Source: a virus (taxonomy: Duplodnaviria; Caudoviricetes). Taken from it: 55,765 bases of DNA. Of the stretch, positions 28,732 to 38,500 are shown piece after piece. A model generated the notes under the pieces. It was not told where the DNA came from, made no database searches, and saw only the letters and a list, made by a program, of their open reading frames with translations. The DNA lies in the IMG/VR virus record IMGVR_UViG_3300044236_001180, positions 1-55,765 of that record. One strand, 5' to 3'. Made by a program: the position numbers and the translations under genes. How positions within the stretch are numbered: the stretch's first letter is position 1; every line of letters begins with the position of its first letter.

Positions 28732-29613
28732 ATGGCATCCACCTATACAGCTAACCTTGGTATCGAAAAACCCGGATCCGGTGAACAGTCAGGCACCTGG
28801 GGTACGACGACCAACACGAACTTTGACATCATTGATCGTGCGATCAACGGTGTCCTTGACCTGTCTCTGACAGGCACGACAACCACGCTGACCACTTCTG
28901 ATGGGTCGTTGTCTGACGGCGGCTATAAGGTATTAGTTCTGGGCGGTTCCCCTTCGGGAACTAATACGATTACGATTAGCCCCAACGATCAGGATAAGGT
29001 CTATCTGGTCAAGAACTCGTCCGGACAGTCGGCGATCTTTACGCAGGGTTCTGGAGGCAACGCTACTGTCATTAACGGCGAGACTGCGTGGATTTTTGCG
29101 GATGGCGCAGGCTCCGGCGCGCAGGTTCAAAAGGCCAGCTTCATTGCTGAGATTGCGGACGACACTTCCCCGCAGCTTGGTGGTGTACTTGCTACCAACG
29201 GCAACAACATTGAGTTTCCAGATAGCTCCGGTGCAGAGGTTAACAGACTGAAGTTTGGTGCCGGTGATGATGTTTCTGTGTATTGGGATGGCACAGACGG
29301 TCACATCACCACGTTAGGCACGTTGAACATTGACGGTGCTGATGGTCACGAAATGGCAAAGTTTGTCGATGGCGGTGCTGTCGAACTTTATCACAATGAC
29401 AGCAAAAAGATTGAGACCACATCAGTGGGTGTTGATGTTACCGGCACGGTACAAGGTGATACGTTCACGCTAGACAATAGCTCTAACGACTGGGTGTTCT
29501 CTGTCTCGTCGAACAAACTTGTCGTTTCATATGCAGGCACCGCCAAGATGGAGTTAGATACCAGCGGCAACCTCAAGGTCACAGGCGACGTGACAGCCTT
29601 CGGTAGCATATAG
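28732..29613 (+). CDS. Tail fibre/baseplate-like protein
   Basis: GEQSGTWGTTTNTN, DTSPQLGG.L, VELYHN..K.ET. Confidence 0.7.
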   Translation: MASTYTANLGIEKPGSGEQSGTWGTTTNTNFDIIDRAINGVLDLSLTGTTTTLTTSDGSLSDGGYKVLVLGGSPSGTNTITISPNDQDKVYLVKNSSGQSAIFTQGSGGNATVINGETAWIFADGAGSGAQVQKASFIAEIADDTSPQLGGVLATNGNNIEFPDSSGAEVNRLKFGAGDDVSVYWDGTDGHITTLGTLNIDGADGHEMAKFVDGGAVELYHNDSKKIETTSVGVDVTGTVQGDTFTLDNSSNDWVFSVSSNKLVVSYAGTAKMELDTSGNLKVTGDVTAFGSI

Positions 29614-29622
29614 GAGGTATAA

Positions 29623-30648
29623 ATGGGTGTTGATGGTGGCGCAGGAAACGCGATCTCGCTTTCTGAAGTTCAGACCTTCTACGGCGGATCGAATCCTATA
29701 TCCATGTCGGAATATTATCGCGGTGGATCAGAGGTTCCCAACACTCGAACAGACACCACCACAAATACAGGAGTAACCGGACTTGTCGCACAAGGTTTCT
29801 CAAGTGGTTCCACGGGCGGGTCCGGGTTTACTGGCAATCAAACCAGCCTGACGATTGATGGCGCAAATAACACAAACGTATCCGCAAGTCCCGGCACTGG
29901 AACAATCACGTTCAGTGCATCCACCACTGTCTCAGTCACGAAAGACGGCGGCTCAATACCCCTTGTAGGTCACTTCGACAGTTACAATGGTGTTTATTAC
30001 GAAAACACGTCAGCACACCTAAGGTTGGGAGGTTACGATTTCCTTGACGCGGCTAATACCATTGTCCTTACGACCCAGCCCAGCCCACCGCCTTTTGGCA
30101 TTTACGTCACACTTCGCACATTGTCGGCATCCGAGGCTTCAGGAACGGTGGGCATATCCGTGATTTTTGTTCACAATAGTTCTGACAAAGAGGGGAATTT
30201 TAGTAATGCAATGAGAATACGCCGTGGTGGCAGTGTTCTTCACTCATTGAGTTTAAGCTATGACAACGGGGTGGGTAGTGCTTCTAACTACAACATATCA
30301 AACTTAGCCGCTGGTGATATCGTGGAGGTTTACAAATCGGCTAGTGGAGTGACGAGAGGAACCTTTCACCCGCGCGAAAGCATAGGCGGAAATGTAAGCA
30401 ACACCTTTGCCGCTGGCACCCACGCTGTGTCTTTTCACGGTCTAGGTGGCAACAACAACACCTCTGGACTTGACGCCACCTTGAATTTTTCCACTAGCGG
30501 AACAGTTCAATACAATAGTTTTGGTGGTGGGTTTACGAGTATAAGCACTAGTAATACTGGTACCTCGGTTAACACTAATACGAATGTGCCTACCTCTGGC
30601 ACTATTAACATGAATGTCTTCAATGCTCCCGGCACAGCGAGTGCGTAA
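29623..30648 (+). CDS. Putative distal fibre adhesin
   Basis: ISLSEVQ..GGSNPISMSEYYRGG..VP and VPTSGTI motifs; G/S/T-rich. Confidence 0.65.
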   Translation: MGVDGGAGNAISLSEVQTFYGGSNPISMSEYYRGGSEVPNTRTDTTTNTGVTGLVAQGFSSGSTGGSGFTGNQTSLTIDGANNTNVSASPGTGTITFSASTTVSVTKDGGSIPLVGHFDSYNGVYYENTSAHLRLGGYDFLDAANTIVLTTQPSPPPFGIYVTLRTLSASEASGTVGISVIFVHNSSDKEGNFSNAMRIRRGGSVLHSLSLSYDNGVGSASNYNISNLAAGDIVEVYKSASGVTRGTFHPRESIGGNVSNTFAAGTHAVSFHGLGGNNNTSGLDATLNFSTSGTVQYNSFGGGFTSISTSNTGTSVNTNTNVPTSGTINMNVFNAPGTASA

Positions 30649-32525
30649 TGCCACTGACAAAACTACAATTCCGTCCCGGCATAAACCAAGAGGTTACCTC
30701 GTACTCTAACGAAGGTGGCTGGCGTGACTGTGACAAGATACGGTTTCGGTTTGGATACCCTGAAAAGCTAGGCGGCTGGGAAAAGTACAGCAGCAACACC
30801 TATCTTGGCTCGGCTCGTGCGCTGCATAACTGGATTGCGCTCGACGGCTCGAACTACCTCGGTGTGGGGACACATCTAAAATACTACATCGAAGAAGGTC
30901 AGGGGTTGAGCGACATCACCCCTATCCGGGTCACGACCAGCGCGGGGGATGTGACGTTTGCAGCCACCAATGGCAGCGCCACAATCACCGTCAGCGACAC
31001 CGCGCATGGTGCGTTTGAAAACGACTTCGTCACCTTCTCCGGCGCAGTTTCTCTTGGCGGCGTCATCACTGCTGACGTTCTAAACAAAGAGTATCAGGTT
31101 GTCCGGATTGTTGATGCAGACAGCTACGAGATTACCAGCGCAGTTGCAGCTAACTCTTCGGATAGCGGCAACGGCGGCTCCAGCACCGTGGGTACATATC
31201 AGATTAATGTCGGCCTTGACGACGCTGTCGGCGGCACCGGTTGGGGTGCTGGCACATATGGCCGTGACGGCTGGGGTGATGCCGCGTCCAGTGGTCTGAC
31301 CACCACCAACCAGATTCGTCTGTGGTCCCACGACAACTTCGGTGAAGACCTGATCATCAATGCCAGAGACGACAACATCTATTACTGGGACAAGACCAAC
31401 AATCTGTCCACTGCCGCAGTGGAGCTATCCACGCGCACTGGCACAAAGACAAGCGTCCCGCAGGTCGCCAAGCAGGTTCTGGTATCTGATCAGGACCGCC
31501 ACGTTATCGCGTTTGGTTGCGATGGTTTGAACGCCAGTTCTTCCGCTAATCAGGGCGATGGTGTGCAAGACCCGCTTTTAATCCGTTTCTCTGATCAAGA
31601 GAATCCGCTCATCTGGTATCCCGCAGCGACGAACACCGCTGGCGACCTGACGCTGGGCGCGGGTTCAACCTTTGTTCAGGCTGTTGAAACAAAGCGTGAA
31701 ATTCTGGTGTGGACCGACACGGCGCTGAACTCTATGCGCTTCATTGGTCCGCCGTTCACCTTCGGCTTGCAGCAGCTTGCCTCGAACATCACGATCATGA
31801 GTCCTAATGCTGCCGTCGCAACCGAGGACGTTGTGTTCTGGATGGGCATCGACAATTTCTATGTGTATGCTGGTCAGACGCAGCAGCTTCCTTGCACGGT
31901 AAAGGACAAGGTCTTCCTCGACTTTAACTTTGAGCAGGCTGACAAGGTTGTGTCCGGCATCAACTCTGAGTTTTCCGAGATCTTCTGGTTCTATCCGTCG
32001 GCCAGCAGCACAGACAACGACAGGTACGTTATATATAATTATGGCGAAAAAGTGTGGTACTTTGGAGCACTTAACAGAACCGCATGGATCGACCGTGGTG
32101 TTCGTACATATCCCATCGCTGCTGGGTCCGCGTATCTCTACAACCACGAGTTTGGCTACGACGATGACGGCTCCGCGATGAACTCGTTCATCGAGTCCGC
32201 AGCTATTGACATTGGCGATGGCGACAAGTTCACCTACATTAGGCGCGTGATTCCGGATCTGACGTTCAACGGTTCGACGAATCTCAGCAGCCCGCAGGCC
32301 ACGTTTACGGTCAAAGCTAGAAACTTTCCGGGCGCAAGTTTCGACAACACAGCATCCGGTGACGCGATCCGCACGGCAAGCTCTCCGGTTGAGACATTTA
32401 CAAACCAGTTGCACCTTCGTGCGCGTGGTCGTTCCTTCGCATTGCGCGTCGAGTCCGAGGCGCTGGGTGCGAAGTGGAAGCTGGGCAGTCCGCGCATTGA
32501 TCTGCGGCCAGACGGGAGGCGCTAG
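30648..32525 (+). CDS. Putative tail hub/stabilisation (beta-propeller) protein
   Basis: 625 aa; DPLLIRFSDQE, ILVWTD, FWMG, WYFG; podovirus-like position. Confidence 0.65.
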   Translation: MPLTKLQFRPGINQEVTSYSNEGGWRDCDKIRFRFGYPEKLGGWEKYSSNTYLGSARALHNWIALDGSNYLGVGTHLKYYIEEGQGLSDITPIRVTTSAGDVTFAATNGSATITVSDTAHGAFENDFVTFSGAVSLGGVITADVLNKEYQVVRIVDADSYEITSAVAANSSDSGNGGSSTVGTYQINVGLDDAVGGTGWGAGTYGRDGWGDAASSGLTTTNQIRLWSHDNFGEDLIINARDDNIYYWDKTNNLSTAAVELSTRTGTKTSVPQVAKQVLVSDQDRHVIAFGCDGLNASSSANQGDGVQDPLLIRFSDQENPLIWYPAATNTAGDLTLGAGSTFVQAVETKREILVWTDTALNSMRFIGPPFTFGLQQLASNITIMSPNAAVATEDVVFWMGIDNFYVYAGQTQQLPCTVKDKVFLDFNFEQADKVVSGINSEFSEIFWFYPSASSTDNDRYVIYNYGEKVWYFGALNRTAWIDRGVRTYPIAAGSAYLYNHEFGYDDDGSAMNSFIESAAIDIGDGDKFTYIRRVIPDLTFNGSTNLSSPQATFTVKARNFPGASFDNTASGDAIRTASSPVETFTNQLHLRARGRSFALRVESEALGAKWKLGSPRIDLRPDGRR

Positions 32526-32755
32526 TGTCATCGAATCAGATAGCACCGCCAAGGCTACCCGAACCGCCGGTCGAGTACACGCAGCAGTATATGGCTGACC
32601 TGACTCGTGCGTTGGAACTGTTTATCTCGCAGGAGCGCAACCCCGGAGAGTTGCGTGGTACGAAGATTACGCTGACGGACCTGCCGACCAGCGCGACTGG
32701 ACTAGAAACTGGTGCTCTGTATAATGATAGTGGCACTGTAAAAGTGGTGACCTGA
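32525..32755 (+). CDS. Small hypothetical protein
   Basis: ggagg RBS + GTG; LPTSATGLETGALYND. Confidence 0.7.
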   Translation: MSSNQIAPPRLPEPPVEYTQQYMADLTRALELFISQERNPGELRGTKITLTDLPTSATGLETGALYNDSGTVKVVT

Positions 32756-33339
32756 TGGGATTGTTTAGCAACATTACAAAAAGCATCAGCAAGATTGCAC
32801 CGATTGCCATTCCGGCAATGATCGGTTTTGGTTTTGGTGGTGGCTCGATGGGCGGCATCGGCAGTTTTTTCAGTGGGCTATCCGGCGCACAAAAACTTGG
32901 CATGGGTGTCGGCGCACTGGCGTTGGCCGGGGGTTTGGGCCAGCGTCAGGAGTACAGTTTCGAAGAACGTCCCGAGCCTGTGGGCAAGGACTTTGCCATG
33001 ACAAGTCGGCTGCGCGATGGCACTATCGTGCAGTTGAACGACCCTGATCAGCTAAAGAAATACAGGCAAGAAATACAAACACGACCCAACCCGAACGATT
33101 ATGTTGTGCCTGTTTCGGATATAAACCTTACAGGTGAGAAAGTTGGTATCGCTACCATGATGCACGGTGGGGAAGTCAACGGACCAGGGACCGGCACTTC
33201 TGATTCCGTGCCCGCCCGTCTGTCCGACGGTGAGTTTGTAATGACAGCAGCGGCTGTCCGTGGAGCCGGTGGCGGAGATAGGGATATCGGCGCTGCTCGT
33301 ATGTATGATATGATGGCCGAACTGGAGGCCCAAGCGTAA
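32755..33339 (+). CDS. Hypothetical protein with GPGTGTSDS.PA.LSDGEFV domain
   Basis: Gly-rich hydrophobic N-terminus plus a motif usually seen in tape-measure C-termini. Confidence 0.75.
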   Translation: MGLFSNITKSISKIAPIAIPAMIGFGFGGGSMGGIGSFFSGLSGAQKLGMGVGALALAGGLGQRQEYSFEERPEPVGKDFAMTSRLRDGTIVQLNDPDQLKKYRQEIQTRPNPNDYVVPVSDINLTGEKVGIATMMHGGEVNGPGTGTSDSVPARLSDGEFVMTAAAVRGAGGGDRDIGAARMYDMMAELEAQA

Positions 33340-34274
33340 TGGCTGTAGCAACTCAATCAGTGACGACGAGACTGCCCGAGTTTCAGGAGCAGTATATTGC
33401 AGATCTTCTGACCTCGGCGCAGAACCTGTTCAAGCCCGTGTCGGAAGGCGGCAAGGGTTTAACCATGCCGTTTGTCCAACAACAGCTTGCTGGGCTTTCT
33501 GAAGGACAACAACAGGCAATTACTTCTGCACTTGGTGGTGTCGGCGCCTTCCAACCGTTTCTTCAAGAATCGAAAGAAGCTCTGACTTCTGGTCTTGGTC
33601 AAGCACAGCAGCTTGCCGCTGGCGCAGGCATGTCTCCGACAGCCTACCAAGAGTATATGGATCCGTTTCTAGAGGATGTTGTTCAACGAGCGCAGGCAGA
33701 CATTGGTCGCCAAGGTCAGATACAAGAGCAGCAAGCAGCAGCTTCGGCTATTGGTTCTGGTGCATTTGGTGGTAGCAGGCAGGCAGTGCTTCAAGGCGAG
33801 ATTGGCCGCAACACACTGGAACAGCAGGCACGTACGGGTGAGCGCCTTCGCAGCGCCGGATTCTCGCAAGCCTCCAAGCTGGCGCAGGACGCGGCAGCGC
33901 AGCAGCTTCGTCAGGCACAGCTTACCGGCGGACTGTCACAAGGGCTTGCAGGTGGCATCGCGCAGCTTGGCATGCAAGGCCAGCAAATGGGCGCGCAGGA
34001 TATCAACACACTGCTTGGTATTGGTGGCCTGCAACAGGGCCAAGCGCAACAGGCACTGAATGTAGCACAGCAAAACGCACTGGCACAGCAGCAGCTTCCA
34101 TTCCAGCAGCTTGGCTTCTTGGGCGACATCTTCCGTGGCGTCCCGGCACTGCAACAACAAACCACCCAGACCTACACACCTCCGCCAAGCATGTTGTCTC
34201 AGGGCATCGGCCTACTTGGTGCAGGCTTGTACGGTGGGTTCTTTAATCCAACAAGAGGCGGGACCGGCCAATGA
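33339..34274 (+). CDS. Putative internal virion/DNA ejection protein
   Basis: Q/G/A-rich; YMDPF, GAFGGSR motif. Confidence 0.65.
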   Translation: MAVATQSVTTRLPEFQEQYIADLLTSAQNLFKPVSEGGKGLTMPFVQQQLAGLSEGQQQAITSALGGVGAFQPFLQESKEALTSGLGQAQQLAAGAGMSPTAYQEYMDPFLEDVVQRAQADIGRQGQIQEQQAAASAIGSGAFGGSRQAVLQGEIGRNTLEQQARTGERLRSAGFSQASKLAQDAAAQQLRQAQLTGGLSQGLAGGIAQLGMQGQQMGAQDINTLLGIGGLQQGQAQQALNVAQQNALAQQQLPFQQLGFLGDIFRGVPALQQQTTQTYTPPPSMLSQGIGLLGAGLYGGFFNPTRGGTGQ

Positions 34275-35497
34275 TGCGAAGACCTCTTGATCGTCGGATG
34301 TTTACTAACCCGCAGCAGCGTCGCGGCATGGCGCGTATGCCACAAGGGATCTTGGCCTCCGGTCCACGGATCATGCAGGCTGCTATGGAACAGGAACCTG
34401 TTCGCGCGCGCCGTGGTCGTTCTGTAGTTGTAGGCCAGGATGTTGAAACTCTTTCTCCCTTGACTGCTTTTCTAACTGGATCAGGTGTTTCAGGAAGCTC
34501 CCCAGAAGCGACAATTAATCGAGGTAGAGGCCGAACCCCAGGAATAATTGACCCGGCTCCCGGTTCAGGTATCCCAAACCCTAACGTGGATTCTACTCAA
34601 GAAGGCGATGTAAATTTTTCAGACAACCCTGTTGTTCAACAAGAAATTATCTCGCCTGCCCCTGTTGGTGGCGCACCATACCCGCAGCCCGGTGCAGTTG
34701 ATTCTGGGACGGGCGGACTCAAAACACCCCTACCAAAAACAGATGCAGAACCTGAGACTGAAGGAAGCTCCCCCACCACCTTGATTCAGGCGCTTGATCT
34801 CTTGCGTAATAGGCGCAGTGGTAATGACAAAAACACAAAAGAATATGTTGAAGAAGCCAACGCCCTGTTGAAAGAGTTTGGAATTGATGCTCCTGACTTG
34901 AAAGGTCGTAAAGATCTTCGGATTATGGAATTTTTCTTGAACATGGCCGCAGGTCAGTCTCCCGACTTTCTAACCAATGTCGCGCAGGCTGGTAAAGAAA
35001 GCTTCAAGGGCTACGGTGAAGATGTTCGCGAGATTGAAGCAGCGGAGCAGAAGCTGAAACTTGCTGGGCTTGAGATGGGTCTGGCAGAGAAGGCGCGGGC
35101 CGAGGCCACAGAACAAGCGATCCTTTTCAAAGAATATGACATCACTGCTGACATTCTTAAAAAGATTACCGAGTTGCCAGACAAGTCGCAGCAGATCAAG
35201 GTGCTCATGGAAACTTATGGTGTGCCTCAAGAAGATGCGATCAAGATGGTGTATCCCGGCAAAACTGTTACGCCACAGGGTTATGAAATCCGTCGGGATG
35301 ATCTTATAGCTCAAGGCCACAGCCCTGCGTTTGCTACCTACATCTCGCTAGGTGGAGCCTCGCTGCTGACTCAGATAGGTGAAGGGGGACTGATTGTAGA
35401 CAACGTCATTCGTGCGATTGGGGAAGACAACATGACGCAAAAAGACAAGGACTTTTTGCAGCCAGGTCAGGCGCCATATGTTGCTGGCAGCGGATAA
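34271..35497 (+). CDS. Putative internal virion protein
   Basis: LDRRMF N-terminus; position between ejection-like genes. Confidence 0.6.
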   Translation: MMRRPLDRRMFTNPQQRRGMARMPQGILASGPRIMQAAMEQEPVRARRGRSVVVGQDVETLSPLTAFLTGSGVSGSSPEATINRGRGRTPGIIDPAPGSGIPNPNVDSTQEGDVNFSDNPVVQQEIISPAPVGGAPYPQPGAVDSGTGGLKTPLPKTDAEPETEGSSPTTLIQALDLLRNRRSGNDKNTKEYVEEANALLKEFGIDAPDLKGRKDLRIMEFFLNMAAGQSPDFLTNVAQAGKESFKGYGEDVREIEAAEQKLKLAGLEMGLAEKARAEATEQAILFKEYDITADILKKITELPDKSQQIKVLMETYGVPQEDAIKMVYPGKTVTPQGYEIRRDDLIAQGHSPAFATYISLGGASLLTQIGEGGLIVDNVIRAIGEDNMTQKDKDFLQPGQAPYVAGSG

Positions 35498-35503
35498 TCG
35501 CTC

Positions 35504-38500
35504 ATGCCGAACCAAGAGATAATATATCGGGGCAGGCGTATCATCTATGATGATACTAAGATGACGGCGGACGAAGCACGTGCCGATTATGACGAACATC
35601 TTGCGTCTCAACCGGAACAAAAGCTCGTCGCTCGTGATCGTATCGTCGATCCGTCTGTAGAATCCGAGGGCACCCTGCAAGAGTTTGCCGAAGGTCTGGG
35701 GTCTGGTGCCACCAAGGCGGTGCAAGGTGTCGCCGAACTCGGTGGCATCGCCATTGACTCCGTGTTCGACACCAACACAACTCGTGCTATCAGCCAAGCT
35801 GGAGACGATGTCCGCGAAGCTCTCGGACTCGACCCTGTCGGCATCGCTGGCACCATCGGTGATGTGACAGGACAGTTCTTGCTACCGGGCGGTGTAGGTG
35901 TCGCCGCAGTCTCCAAGATTTCCAAGCTCGGCAAGTTGGAGAAAGCCATCCGTCAGCAAGGCCGGGGCCGTGTTGCTGCCGCTGGGCCAATGCCGGCACG
36001 TTTGACGGCAGGACAAACAGCCAAGCTGCGGGCACAACAAGCCGGGGCCGCGCTGCTTGTAGACGCAGCCGTCGCTGACGACGGTGTCACCACCATCGGT
36101 GATTTCGTTGACGGTGGACCGACGATGACCGAGAAAGATGTCGGTCTTAGCGGCAGACTCGAAGCTGGCCGCAGGTTTCGTAACAAGATCCGACTCGGCG
36201 CAGAAGCCGGTGCACTGGCAGCGGCATTTCCCTATCTACTCAGCACGACAGCACTGGTTGCAAAACCCGGATTAATGTTGACCGGCGAGGTTCTGGCACC
36301 GGTGGCGTCGGGCACTCGTGGTGCACTACAAAAGATTGCTGAAGCGACAGGCAACAGCGCGGCAGCGCAGTACATTGGTAACATGACGGTGCCCCGTGCG
36401 ATCACTCGTCGTGCGGCCACGGACCCGGATACAACGATCTCGGATGTGTATGAGGGAGTCAAAGCCCGCCTTCGCTTCCGTGGTAATCTTACGACCGAGG
36501 CTGCTGAACGCCGGTCCGAGATCCAGGGTTTCATCGACTCGCAGGCCAACAACGCAGCGTACACGATTCGGCAGCTTGAGAAAGAGACTGACAAGATCTT
36601 CAAGGGCGCGAACACTGTAAACCTGCAAGGGTTCGGAGAACTTAGCCGCGTCGAGGTTATGAACTCGATCTACGGGTTCCTGACCAAGGATGCGAACTTC
36701 TTGAACAGCGCCGAGGTTCGCAGGGCCGCGATCCGCAGGGCAGCGCGTACAGGCGAAGCCTTTGATCCGAACAACGCCGACCACTTGATCGAAGCTATTC
36801 CAGAGTTTGCCCGTGGGTCTGTCCTGAAGATGCGACAGCAGATCGACGACTTATCTGCTCGTATCGTCAACAGTGACTACGGTACACAGAACGTGTCGCA
36901 GTTGGTGCGGGACGAGATCACAGAAAACTTCGGCAAGTACCTTCGCCGCAAGTACCGCGTGTTCGATGACCCGGATGCGTACTTCCGTTCGGACGAGTAC
37001 GTGCAAAACCGCCGTGAGGTTATCGCGTTCTTGCAGCAGAACCCCAACACTGCACGAAACCTGTACAACAAGATTGTTAGCGAAGCCGATCTCGGCAACC
37101 AGCTTACCGCCGACGCACCGATCACGCAGCGTGTGATCAATGATGTGGTTGACACATTCGTAAACCGCTACCGCACTCGTGTCGGCTTCCTTGAAAACAG
37201 CGAGAGTCTTTCTAGAACTGCTAGAAACAAGATGAGCCGGGACATGTTTCGTCCGCGCCGCCTCGAAGAGGATGTGCTGAAGAAGCTGCTTGGTGAAATC
37301 ACCAAGCCTGTCGAAGCCTACGTTCGGACGGTGGGCGATCTTGCGGAAACTGTGGCGATTGATAATTTTTACGGATTTCTGCGACAGGGCCGGGGGCAAA
37401 TTATCGACGGCACTCGTGTTGGTGGGGACGACATTATCGACGGCAACGTGTACGAGAGTCTGTCTCTCGCCGACAGGGCAAACTATACCGAGCTAGTGGA
37501 CAGCGGATTCGGTTCATTGACTTCGGCGGGCAAAGAAGCGGGCGACGAAGTACGAACTTTCGCCCGCAACCCCGTGTATCGTGACCTGACCCGCAACACG
37601 CAAAGGTTCAACCCCGAAACGAACTTACTTATGAGTTCATTTTTGCTGGGCAAGGGCTTCTCTCAAAAGGTTAAGACTGTTTACAGCCCGATAACACAGA
37701 TTCGTAACATCACCTCGGCTGCGCTTTTCGCTGGGGCGCAAGGAAATATTGGTCGAGGTGCCAATGTTTTTGAATCGGTTGCGCTTGTTCTGGAGAATAT
37801 TCGCAAAACTTCTCCAGAAGAACGCGCAGCATTCTTCCGTGAGTTGCAGGAGCTTGGTGTCGTAGGTACGCAGGCACAGCTTCGAGAACTTGAACGAAGC
37901 ATAGACGACGGCCTTTCATACTATTCGAAAGGTGAGGTAGATCAGTTCGGTGTTAACCTCGGCCAGAAGAAGACACGAGGCCGCGCCGGTCAGTTCTTGG
38001 GGTCTATCGATAAACGCGCCAGGGATCTGTACCAAGGTGGTGACGATATCTGGAAGATCTACAACTTTGACTTCGAGCGCAGCAAGCTGGTCAATGCGTT
38101 TGGTGGAGACGTTGCCGCCGCTGAGAATTTTGCTAGGGCACAGGGTGCGAAGAGTTTAAACGCATACGCCGCTGACATTGTGAAAAACACCGTGCCGAAC
38201 TACGAGCGGGTGCCGCAGTTTATTGAAGGACTGCGAAAGCTGCCACTTGGTAACTTCATCGCATTCCCTGCCGAGATTGCTCGTACGTCCTTCAATACTC
38301 TGAACCGTGGCATCGATGAAGTGCAGATGGGTGCACGAATGATTCAAGAAGGGCGGGCTGCGGGCAACCAAGCACTCGTTCAGCAAGGCCGCAGTATGCG
38401 AGACATTGGCAAGCGGCGGCTCAACGGATTCGCCGCCACTACAATGGTGGCTGGTCCGGCTGTACAAGAAACCGCTTTGTATCTAAATGATCTATCGCGT

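Noticed and set aside
31665-32552. 295-aa antisense ORF
   Set aside because: Shadow of the codon-biased 30648-32525 gene; no motif
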